Of a DNA stretch of 64,000 bases, positions 13,101-24,900 are shown piece by piece. The DNA comes from Ramazzottius varieornatus (lineage: Eukaryota; Animalia; Tardigrada). Every line of letters starts with the position of its first letter. Position 1 is the first letter of the stretch. Location: NCBI GenBank assembly GCA_001949185.1, contig BDGG01000018.1, positions 310,001-374,000 on the forward strand, in the 5' to 3' direction. The translations under genes were made by a program, and so were the position numbers. Below the pieces are notes generated by a model. It did no database searches, was not told the DNA's origin, and was given only the letters and a program-made list of their open reading frames with translations.

Positions 13101-15483
13101 CGCAAAAGAGTTTATAGGATGCTCATGGGGCTGACCACAGTGTGTGATGGAAGCTAGGGCCGCCATTGTGTCGACTTTGAGATCTGCGGATGGGCTCGCC
13201 TGACTTTCTCATCTGCGCCCTAGCTGCGCCATACCCTTGCATCTTATCCTGTTCAAAGTCATTTCCTGCTTTACGCCATGACAAATTGTGTATAGAGATG
13301 GACATCCCCCTTCAGATGGAGGATGTGTCGGATTCCATACTTCTATAATTAAGCCAGTCGACAGGTGGCGCCTGAGCCTGCCTGGTGACGCCGCTTTTGA
13401 CCAACTCTCAAGTTTATTCCCCAACCATCGGTCGATCAGCCAAATCATGTAGCTGGCCTTTGAATATTGACTAAGGCGCTTGCTTCGACTTGAATCAGGA
13501 AAACGCTAAGGTGGACAAAATGACAGTCGTTTTTAGCATGGGAGGAGAAAGGAGAACAATACGATATATATTGATGATAGTTTGTTTTCTGCGCATGGGC
13601 CGTTCGGTCGTCCTTGATAGTCAGGCCTCATAACGTCGATCATTCATCGCACATCCGGTGTTTGGCAGTGTACTGCGTCCCCCTTTTTGTAGATGGAACT
13701 GCTGGCGGCCTTGCATTGAGTTGTGGGCTGGTTCTCTGCCAGCTGCATGGGGGCAAGTGAAGGCCGAGGAGGAGGCACCTCTGTACGGCAACTGCGCCTG
13801 CCTGGCTGACTGGCGTCCTAACCGACCATTTAGAAGGAACATGGCAGCCTCTTCAGCGCCTGACTGTCCATCCAATGCATCCCCGATCGCGCTGCTATCG
13901 CTTATCGATATGAGTGATTCCGCCACACGCGCTGGTCGATCGACTCTCCTTCCTGGTCATGGCGATCTTGGGCACAAACCATTGGCACTTCCACAGGCCC
14001 CATCCATCTTTGTGTATACAGTAGTACAGTGCCTCGAGCGTCGGCACACTCGGCTGCGTAACCGCACAACACACTATGGCATACAGTATGTATACTCAAG
14101 GCTGCTCATCTCACACTCCATCACCCAGTCCCACATGCAGCACAACCGGCCTCGACCTTCTGATTTCCTCGTCCCTTTCCACCAACAAGAAGGCCTGACT
14201 TTTCCTTTGCCTACTCCATCAAGTCATCCATCTCCACAAGATGTAGTTCAGCTTAGCCCAAATATTTAAGCTCAACTTCCACATTTCGCTCCACCAATAA
14301 ATTATGAGTCCGCTGTACGCCATCGAATCGAAGTCACGGCCAGACAGGGATAGTTTTCTACAGTAACTGTTGATTTCTAGCTAGAGTAAAATTCTTGATG
14401 CGTCGAAGGTTGGTAAGACGCATAGGCCTGCTAAAGACCCCGGATCCGTGTATCCGTCTGCTGAGTTGTGCGCGACTTGAGGTGGGTAAAGTTGTGGTAC
14501 GTACGGTCATAGACCACAGCTGTGCTAGTCGAATCATGAGGGGAGCCGGCATTGTTGAGCTCTCGATCTCAAACCCCATAAAACTCTCATCAATTTTGTG
14601 TGCGAAGATTTACAGTGGGGCAAATATAACACAGAATCTAGGAGGAAATATTTGTGACTTAGACTTTCACACCCCGTTTCTATCCTTCAAGAAACTCCAA
14701 GTCAGAGACAACTTCTGGGGGGCATGTAGCGCATTCAATTGTCTATACAACTGCATCAGCCAAACCTAAGTCCGATGGCCTCAAGTGGAAAAAATGATGA
14801 TGAAAACAGAGCACCATCAATGTTGGACCAGTGGGCACTCCTATCATCCATATGTCAAAGAGAAGCCTGCTCTACCTAGTCTTTCTAGGCCAACACAGTG
14901 GCTGCTCCTTCACTGTGCCATCATTTTAACCAAAAGACCAATTCTGACCAAATTCAGAAAGACCACTTTGCTTCCCTCGTCGACGACCCTTCACAAAGAA
15001 ATCGCCGCGCCAAGATTTGACAAACTGTGAGATGGAGAGCTCAACACACATTTTCTTCTTCTCAATATGTATGCGAAGGAACTACATTTGTACATGTATT
15101 AAGCCTCCCTTAATAAATAACTATGTTACGGACGTACGGTAGACGTTGTACTTGACGTTGAGGATGCAGAGAGCGTCTTGACGAGGTGGGCAATTAATCG
15201 TGGTAACGACACAGCTGTGCCTTGTTACAGCTCTAGATACAACCACATGGTACGACACACGTAGGGGTGTCGGCAGCAGCTGCCAAGAAATATTATCGAC
15301 GTACATTCCAGCAGAAGCTGCGAGGAATAAGTGTCGTTTATTGGCATAGACGCCCTCATTTAGCCAAGTTCCAGCAAGGCAAACTTAACTGCGCTCTTTT
15401 ATCTTCATATGCGCCGCTACACAGTTTTTTTACCCCCACAATTCCCTTTTTACATCCTTGGCCGAATTGGCCGTCGTATTAGC

Positions 15484-15493
15484 TATATATAAA
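15484..15493 (+). promoter_or_regulatory. TATA box, possible core promoter of the stonin gene
   Basis: TATATATAAAG followed by a GC-rich stretch. Candidate 5' exons downstream, e.g. 18326-18371 flanked by ttgcag/gtaagc. Confidence 0.25.
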
Positions 15494-18400
15494 GTCGGAG
15501 AGCAGCGTCGACGCGGCGGCATCTTGGACGCCATAAATGTTGCAAAAGGGAATCGATAAAGTACAGTCAGTCAGCTTCTGCCCATCGTCAGCCTCTCCTT
15601 CGATCAATGGGCGCATACAGGACCAACATGGCTCTTCCAAGAGACGAACTCTCCGTCGGCAGATTTTGCTTTGCATCGACTACTCAATAATATACGTAAC
15701 CACTTGCTGGCTGGCTGCTGCACAAAAAACAGTCTGCCATTATTGCCAGCGGAACTGTGTAAGGGAATATTCTTGTCTTACTGCGCGCCGCGCTTCCTTC
15801 TTTAACATGATCATCACGTCGCTTCACTTCCAGCCTCTTCCTCCTTGGCCTTTTCTTCTGTCACGGACTAATTGACTGTAAGGAATCTATTTCTCTGCCC
15901 TTTCGATCCTTGTTCCAGCTGCAGGATCGCCCAAGCCTTGTGCTGCTGCTGTTGTTATGTATTGATCTGGATTTTTGCTTCCTGTCAGGTAAAAGACGGT
16001 AAAGTAACAGTTCATAGTGCAGCGCTTTTGACGCTGCTAAGCCTTTTGTCCAGCAACGTCAACGCTTCGACGTCAGCCTATTCCCTTATTTTTTGAAGCA
16101 TTGCAGGTACCGTTTGTCATAACTTTACGTCCCTTTCTTTGTGCTGAAAACCATTCGATAAGTATGTTGTAATCCGGAAGCCTTACTTGTGTCACTGAGC
16201 GTAGAAAAGAAGCCAGACATGATCCATGAGGCGAACCCGATTTGTGACCATGAAATTCTGAAGATGAAACTTCTGTCTTCTGATGTGATCGACTTGATCC
16301 CTGTAGACTAATTTGTGCGGCTTGATACGAGTCTGAAGCTGGTTTTTGACATTGAATGCACTTGGTTGGAACTTTGAGCTATTTGGAGTTATTTAGACAA
16401 GTCAGGGCTGCCATTAAGGAAGATTGTTACGTTGAGGGATCATTTGCAGCACTGTGTCAGCTCTGATGCACAGAGGCTACTTCTTCCGGCTGATGTTCAA
16501 GCTTGCTTGAGACATGATGGTCATGCAGACAGCCGTCGGAGAGCCTTCTTAAGGTAGTGGAATCTAGTCTAATTATTCTTCTCCAGCATGTTTACTTTGC
16601 TGTCAATATGCCCACATATGCATGGCTGTGTACCATGTCTCTGTTTGACTTTTACGCCATTGCATAAGGAGGACGTGCTGTACTCTGCGGGTACACACAG
16701 CCTTACGAAACCCTTGCCAATGTGCGCAGCTTAATCTGGGTTTGTGCCAGCGATCGTCTTCCATGTCATTCAACCTTGTCCGCCCCTCGACGGCTTTCTT
16801 CCGCTCGAGTACGGAGGGATTTGTGGCTGGAGTGGCCGTCTTAAGTTTCTCACAACTGGCCATTGAGCCTGCTGGGAATGCCTAATTAAACGCTAAGCTT
16901 ATAGGCCCGCCTTCTCCATGTCAAGCTGGAAGCCTCCCAAGGAATGTTTGGCCACTCTTTGACGCATGTCCTGAGGTACATTTGCAAAGGTCAGCAGTTA
17001 CAACTATGCACATGTGCACAACAGATCAAATTTCAAATGTCACTGCAGCTACTTTTGAAAACTAGCTGCTTGGAAGTTTGACAAAGTGGCCATACGCAAA
17101 TGTGGAGTTATAATATAGGGAAATGTCAATGGTCATTTGGCTGGGGGAAAGTAGGAGTAATGGCAGCTGTACGTGCGACATTTCTCTCTGACAAATGAAC
17201 TAGTAATGAGCCTTTAAATGCGCAGGCTGCCAATAGTGTTGCCCTTTGCAGCTGGCAAGTGCCAGTCAGTGAAAGCCAAGATCTCCCGATTCAATTTGTT
17301 GATGGCGGTCTGTGGTAGACAGCCTACGTGCTACGACATGATGGCTTCGTCCTTTGCCACGTGCGGAATTAACGTCCTCAGCGTGTCGCCCAGACACGTT
17401 TTGATGAAGCTACGCAGGTCTTCGCTTCAACTTGCCCGCCAATGAACTTGGTGTCGCCAAAGGTTTCACGCCACCTGATACTCGTTGGGCAGCGGGAAAA
17501 TCAAAAGCGAACTTGAAAGACTTTTGACTACAGGTTCTAAAGTGTATCGTCACTGCGATAGCGGGCAAACGGGACGTGTCAATTCATCACTTTGTTGGTT
17601 TTCCAGTAATTTATGTCGCTGGAGGGTCCTTACCAGATATAACTGGGCTAAATTTGGCGGATGTATAGGAAAGGGAACCTGACTCTTTCAGTGCAGCATT
17701 CATCGTTTTGATCTAGCTCCATTGAGTTCATGCAGGTCATTTATGGCCGACAGCGTAGCCTGTCGTCATTTTCAATTTTCCCCGCACATTAAACCCATAC
17801 TTGCATAAGCGGTCCTCAAAATTACGTAATATCTCGGGAAAGACAAAGTAGGCGATAATAACTAAAGATTGCAGCTCATTCATTTTCTTACTGTGTGGTT
17901 GTAACAAGGTAACCCTCTGAGAAAGAGAAGGACAACGATCCAGAATCTCTTCTACGGTTTGCTAACAGTTCAGTTGGAGCTTCGAAGGATAGCTGTGGCT
18001 GACAGTGATAACGTATGGCAGTTTGTTCGAGATTGATGTTTGTGGATGTGCTATCCATTCTCATAGAAAAGGCCAATGTTTAAGTCAATCCGGGGAACAT
18101 TCATTGGGTTCAGACTTGCAGTGACTGACAAACGAGGAGCTCGCTGCTCCAAATCTTTTTTCAATTCAGCGGCGTCTAGCGGCGGAACAGCCTAGGCTAG
18201 GCTTTATGTAGCATGACTGAAATTAGCCTTACGAGCCATAAAGGAATTGATTTTTACACTGAGCTGCACATCTTGAATATCTCCTCATAATCAAGTACTC
18301 TCTATCCACCCTCCCTCTTTTGCAGTGCCTCGTCTCTTCATCCCTTCCTCATCAGCCTACTGTGATCGTTGGTAAGCCTCAATGCCGTCGCGTCGACTGC

Positions 18401-18576
18401 GCCAAAAGCAGCTAGGACCAGCCCCGCTTGCCTCCTTCGACAGCGGCCTCAGCTCCGTCTACAACTCTTTTGATGAAGGTACCCAACAGTCCAACCAACT
18501 TTCCAACCCCAAAACTTGAACAATTTTCGGAAAATAATTGGGGTCTCGGCAGACAAAGTCGAACAGACCATTTCTT

Positions 18577-18625
18577 CAAGTGGCGCACGCTTGCAGCTTA
18601 CATTGCTGGAACAGCGCGCCACCCG
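18577..18625. repeat. Palindromic 12-N25-12 element, copy 1
   Basis: CAAGTGGCGCAC-25nt-GCGCGCCACCCG, in a candidate stonin 5' intron. Confidence 0.8.
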
Positions 18626-18649
18626 GGATAAGAGTATTGTAGAGTTATT

Positions 18650-18697
18650 CAAGTGACGCACGCTGCCTTGTAATCAGCTGGGAGTGTGCGTCACTTG
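18650..18697. repeat. Palindromic element, copy 2
   Basis: CAAGTGACGCAC-24nt-GTGCGTCACTTG; the same substitution is mirrored in both arms. Confidence 0.85.
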
Positions 18698-18902
18698 GAA
18701 CAACGATGTGGTCAAGTTTGTTTGCCAGGCCCCCAATGTTGGCATGTCGTTCCAGTCTTATCCGTTTGGTCCTGTTGGTGTATTGCAGCTGCACATTCCT
18801 CATTGATTGATTGATTTCAAAGGTTTGGGGACGGTGGGTTATAGCGCTGATCTACCCGGTTCCTCGCAGCGTCACATCGGCGTCCTGTGCCAAACGAGCA
18901 TC

Positions 18903-21900
18903 ATGGAGGAGACAGCGGTGGTAGTCAAGACGCGTTCCATCGCTTGTCAAACCGAGCGGTCGGCCCTTCGTGATGGTGTCAAGAGCAAGCCTCGCAAGAG
19001 CTCGCAGTCTCAAACCTCCTTCGAAGCCGAACCCATCACCATCGACGTTCAGAGCGACTCGCCTTTGGCCTCACCTTCCACCTCCTCCACTGCAGTCAAA
19101 CGGCCCACTGTCCTGGTGGAGACGCGGACCTACAACAAGCAAAGCTCGTTGCAGCCTTCCGAGTATGAGGTGGACCGTGCACCCTCGCCTTCTCGACCTC
19201 AAACACTGGACTTGTCCAAGAAGCAAAAGAAGTCGCCGACCAGTTTCAGCAAGGTGCAAAAGCTGGATGTTAGAGCCCGGCCTGTCAGTGCCAGCTCGGC
19301 ACCTTCCTCCTCCTCTGCCGTCAGCACCGAGCGTAAGCGCAGTTTGCTGAGCAAGAAATCAAGCGACCCTTCAGCCTCGCCCGATGCACAAGTCAAGTCC
19401 CGTTCTTCCAGCTTCAAGAGTCCCTTCAAGCGTAAAGAATCAACGGCCACCGGCGGTTCTTCCTCCTCCAGGTCGGCTTCCCCCATGTTGAGCGTTCGCC
19501 AACGGATGGCCAGTCTTTCTCCGCGACGCAGCAAGAAGAACAACCTGGCTCGCAACAAGCTGGAAGCTTTACTGACCCACGTCCAAGTGTCGCAAGTGGG
19601 TACCGACGTGATGGAGACGGGGGACTTGTCGGCTAGCAGCACCCTCAATCGTAACTCCAACCGTTCCTTATCGTCGCCGCGGCCTCCTTCGCACAGTCTG
19701 TCACCCAAGGCCTTTCGTAAGGGTGAATCGCATGCCTTGAACAAGCTGCAGCAGCTGATTGACCGTACCCGCCTTTCCGTAAGTGCCCACCCTCATGACC
19801 AGCCCAACCATACTAACCAACGCCACAGTGTCGATGTCCATCACGGTCATGCCGACGATGGACGACGCAGGTCCAAGTCGACGCCGCCGCAGCCGGAGCC
19901 ACTGTCAGCGGCACACCGGGTCTCGATGGGGGATGTGTGGGGTTTCCATCATCATCAGCGCCATCACACACAGCGACACAGCCACGACACGGCCACCGCC
20001 TCTTCTGTTCTAAGTAATGATACACCTTCTAACCCACCTTCCCCCTTCGAACCTGAGACAGTGACCAAGAAATCTGCTTTCTCGCTGCAGGAACCTAAAG
20101 GCCGCCCATCACCGCCTCAGCCACCACAAGACAACACCGACGACGACGACGACGACGACGACCAAGATGAACAATCAAGCTCAAAGGACCAAAATAATAT
20201 TCCATTTCAAAATACCGGCGATGAACAGACAGCCAATGAAGGCATTGACACTGAAGGAGGCGGAGAAGACAGTAAACAAGACAAGGAAGACACGCTACTC
20301 ACTGCCACCGAAGAGAACGAGGAAGACCTACCATCTGGTCAGGTCTCCGATATCCTCGATAAAGTCTTGCGCGAACAAGCCAAACGTGACATTGCGCAGT
20401 TACGGCAGAAAGTTCGGGACGAACGGCAGAAACGGCAGACATTCCGCACAGCCCCGGTGCAGCGACCCCGGTCGGCTACACGGGACATGGCCGTTGTCGA
20501 CCTGGAAGCCTACGTGGCCGAGGCTGAGAAGGAAGGGGCCAGCACCCAGGGCAGCGCACAACGCATCAAGCTGAAGCTCCGTCTCAACCAGCAAGACTCG
20601 TCGCAGCAATCGATCGATGATGATGGCGCAACTACACAAGGCAAGGAGAAGGAAGGACGTCAGCCATCGTTGGTCGATGGCGACGACTGGAAGCGCTTCT
20701 GCCAGCAAGGCTTGCTCAACAAGCGTGCCTCACGGCTGCAACGCTCAACAGCCAGCCAGGGTAGCGACTGGCAGCCCGACTTTACCCAAGCATCCTTCAA
20801 CCAGGACAACAAGCTGCCCATTCCTATCATCATCGAGACAGCCTGGACGCCGCAGGAACATCGCCTTCTCAATGTAACACCCAGCCCCTCCGGCCATTTC
20901 AGACAATCAACCGATCATGCCTCTTCCACCAATGACAATAGTCCAACAGCCAGCACTCCGCCCACCGATCAACATAACAAGGTCGATATCCACATCACTG
21001 CCAATGTGGCAGCCAACCCCGAGGAAGCCTTTGGTGGTGACTCCGCCTCGGCCCAAAGCCCCTCTACAGCCAGCCACAACGCTTTCGCCAGCGATTCTTT
21101 CGCCGCTCAAGACTCCTTCAGCCCAATTTATCCTGGCCAAGAGCACTCAGACGGCATTTCTCCATTATCCTCCTCTTCCACTGCAGCAGCTGCTGGCGTG
21201 GAAGAAGTAGCCTCGTCGGCCAGCGCCGTAACGATGAGCCCTGCAACTTCCGGCGAGGAAACGGCCAAGACGGTTGTGCCGACACGGAAAGCTCCCCCTG
21301 CACCTGTCCGCAAAGCTCCTCCACCGCCTGGCCCTCCTTCCTCCGCGGCTAAAGTCAGTGTCGCTGAACCTCTTCAAGAAGTATCTGTCATTGGCCCTGC
21401 TGAGGAAAATGTGGCGCTTGTGCCTCAAGACCAAGACGCTTATTATGGCCACGACGACCCCACCCTCAGCGCCGCCTACTATGCTAATTACAGCCAGGAC
21501 GGCAGTGCAGCGTATTACTATACCGACGAAGCGGGCAATTATTATTCGTATGGGGATTACAGTCAGCAGCAACAATGGGATGGCAGTCAGGGCAGCGCTG
21601 ATCAATACGGCTATGACAGCTATGACAGCACAGGTCAAGCGGCAGGTGAATACTATCAGCAAGAGGACAATCAAGGCGTCCAAGCTGTGCTGAGTGATGT
21701 GAGGGATTCGGGCCGTGACGCCATCCTGACAGACCCGACGGCGATCGATACGGCGCCTGACCAAGAGGAAAGTAACGCGGCGCAGCACCACTATCAGCAT
21801 GTCTCACAGGAGCAGCCGCAGCTGCAACAGCAACAACCAAGTCAGGCCAACGATGACAGGCTGCAAACGGATACGGAGCAGGACAGCAACGGCCTACAAG

Positions 21901-24900
21901 GCCAGCACGCCGGCAGATCTCCCCTTCTATCCGACTCACAAGGTTCGTCATCATTAAAGTTCAAAGGCCCGCTTAGTTGGCCGCCTACAATTACTGAAAT
22001 TGCTATCGATCTGCACGCTTATTCCCTTGTCTGACCTGATGGATGAGCCGGTGTGCGTCACCGGTCGAAAGAAAAACTCATAATGCTTCAACCAAGGCAG
22101 TTGAACCAAAAGATTCGACTCTCAGCCTTTGTAGGAATGTCTCTTGTATCAACTGACGCAACAACACCACAACAAGACCTTTTCACCCACCTTTTCTACA
22201 ACGTTTTCCCAGGAAGTGTAGCAGTGTCCGATTTTCGCGTAGGGCAGATGTCAAGTGCGCAATTTTAGTCGAAAGTGGCTGTTTATACAGTATGTAGGAC
22301 CTCTATCATGATAGAATACAGTATTATGGTTGCATATTTGAGAGAATGTGACTGTGACGGCAGAAAGGCATTATAGGGGTGGAAGATTGGAGCTGACAAT
22401 GTTTTTGGTCTTGGCAGGTGAAGAGTCAGAAGCCAACACGGTGATATGGAATCCGGCCAGCGGTCAGGAAGGTCGGCAAACGCCGAATGCGACCACCTTA
22501 GAGGACAACGAGACATTCCAAGCGCTGGCCGAGGAGGTGGGCTTGAGGAGCCCTCAAGAGGATGACGGCAGCGGCATCGATCTAGCCCAGCAAAGCAAAC
22601 ATCGGCGTTTGTCCAAAGTGCCTTACACTTCCCTCGACGTCCAGGACGAGGAGGAGGCTGCCACCGACAGCGCTACAACTACTCAAGGCAACGAGAACAT
22701 GGCGGAAGAGGAAAGCGTTACACCACTGCTGCAAGCCGAGCTGACCGAGGGCGGAGAGGGGACCGAAGGAGAAGCTTTCCCGCCGCCGCCTGAAGAACTG
22801 ATGATAGAGGGCGGCCACAGGGAAGGCAGTGACGTTTATGCGACAGAAGGTGGTGCTACACAGTATGACTACGACCTGGCCATATACGATCCGCACGGGA
22901 CGGGCTACGCCATCGGCAGCCAGGAATATAATGCCTATTATTACCCTCAACATGCAACGGAAGGAGAAGGAGGATATGATGCTTCCGCTCATGCTACAGG
23001 TAACCACACTGAAAGTAATGTCCGCTACGGCACCTTGCCTCATTAGCCAATCAACAAGCGCTCTTTACAACCATCGCTCACTTCCATGCCTTCTTGTCAT
23101 GACTTCCTCTGTAGTACTGCCGCTCTTTTTTTAAAGAAAAAAAGTTTGTTACTCTATTGAGATGGTTAAAGATTGAGATGGTTACTCTATTGAGATGGCA
23201 TACTAGCTAGTGCATTTTTCTTTTGGTCAAATTTCATGGCTTGTCCAAATGGAGGAAAAAGGGCAGTCTTGCCACCTTGCTTGGATGTTGCCTTGTTATT
23301 GCAGAGAACCATGTTAGCGAGAGCTATTATGGAACAGCAGAGGACGAGCAGTACTACGCTCAAGAACCTTCGGCCTACGCGACGGGGGAAGGCAGTGCTT
23401 CCGTACCGTCCTACGAGTACAGCACCACCTACTCGACCACCTACCCCGCCGCTCAAGACTACTCTTCCTACCCTGCCGAACAAAGCACCACCACCCACAG
23501 CCACAGCTGGAGTTACGGCGCTGATAGCCAACAGCCTGCAACAGTCCAGCCCGCCAGAGTGGAGCAGGAATGGAAGGTCCCTACCTACGCAACCTACCTC
23601 CCTCCAACCGCCGCCACCACCGCCACTTCCCATTACCCGACAGCTGACGAGCAGCAGTACGAAGAGGAGGAGGGCTACGAAGGTCACGAGGGCTATGAGG
23701 GCTATGGGCAAGAGGAAGCTGTCGGCCAGACTTCCGCCCTTCCACGCGAACGCCTCTTTGATGAAGAGGAAACGCTGCCTTTCGGACAGTTTCGCCCCCA
23801 ACCCAAGAAGAAGGACCCCACCCTCCCACTTCACATGAAAATGGCCAAAGGTACCTCTTCTCTTCCTCTCCCATATTCTATGCATGTTATGACTCAAAAT
23901 ACCGCCCCACAAAAATTTAAAAATGGATTTGGCGGAATCTTTGAAAACATTTCAACAGGAATATTCTGGAATGCCTAAAACAAATTTGCAATATTTTTGG
24001 TTCCACGTCGAACATGTCTATAAAGTCTCGTGAGACGAGGATAGTGAGTGGAGAGCCAACGTTTTCTTGGGCGGTGTGTCTAATCGGTACACAGCTGCGT
24101 TAGGCTTGACTGGTAAGGAGAATCTGTCATGCGCAGCTGGAGTGAGGCATGGCTTTGCCCTACCCCGCTTCCATCGATTTTTTGCCCCACTTCCGCCTCA
24201 GAGTACCCCTCGTTTCAGCTGGCGTAAAAGAACTATCGATCGGTTGTCATTTGCCCGAGCTCCAAGCCATGACAAAAGTTAGTTAGATAACAAACAGACA
24301 CATGATCACGCTCGACAGACGTCTTCATTACCGCGGCAGGTTGCGCATAATAATCAAAAACTCAATAGGCATATAAGGACCGGCTTCCACCTAGCCATGC
24401 TCCACATTTCATGAAATTGAATCCCGCAGAATACACAATCGAACTCTTGTGACTTTTAGCGTTTGCTCCACTATCTACACTTCTCATTAATTTTATCCTT
24501 CCTTTACGTTTTCATGCGGGTGGCACTCACAGCAACTGACACCAAACACTGTGTGTCCTTCGATCCCATTTCACCCCCATCGACCTAAATAAGGCTCTTC
24601 CTCCTCTTTACCAAATTTTGGTGTCTTTACTTGACTGCTGCGGATACTTGGTTTCTTGTGTGAAGTTTGACATCAAAACGCTCTTGAAACTGAGGATCAG
24701 TGCGACATTTTTCTACATTCTTCTTGCAAAGCAAATCAAAAAGATGGCGTTGCAAAGTGGCGCACCTTTGTTGTGTTGTTGGTTGGAAGCGTGCGCCACT
24801 TGGAAAACAATCTTGTTCAGTTTCTTTCCCTCGGTTGGACATAAAATGATGGTGGTAGAACAATGGGTGGTCGAAGTCGTTGTTGTTGAAGGAAGACATT

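Noticed and set aside
13658-14269. 203-aa ORF (and the 193-aa ORF at 10376-10957)
   Set aside because: Non-ATG starts, no recognisable domain and no convincing splice context.
18807-22034. 1,075-aa ORF as a standalone intronless gene
   Set aside because: A donor at 21943 and phase-matched downstream exons connect it in frame to stonin; the ORF ends run into intron sequence.
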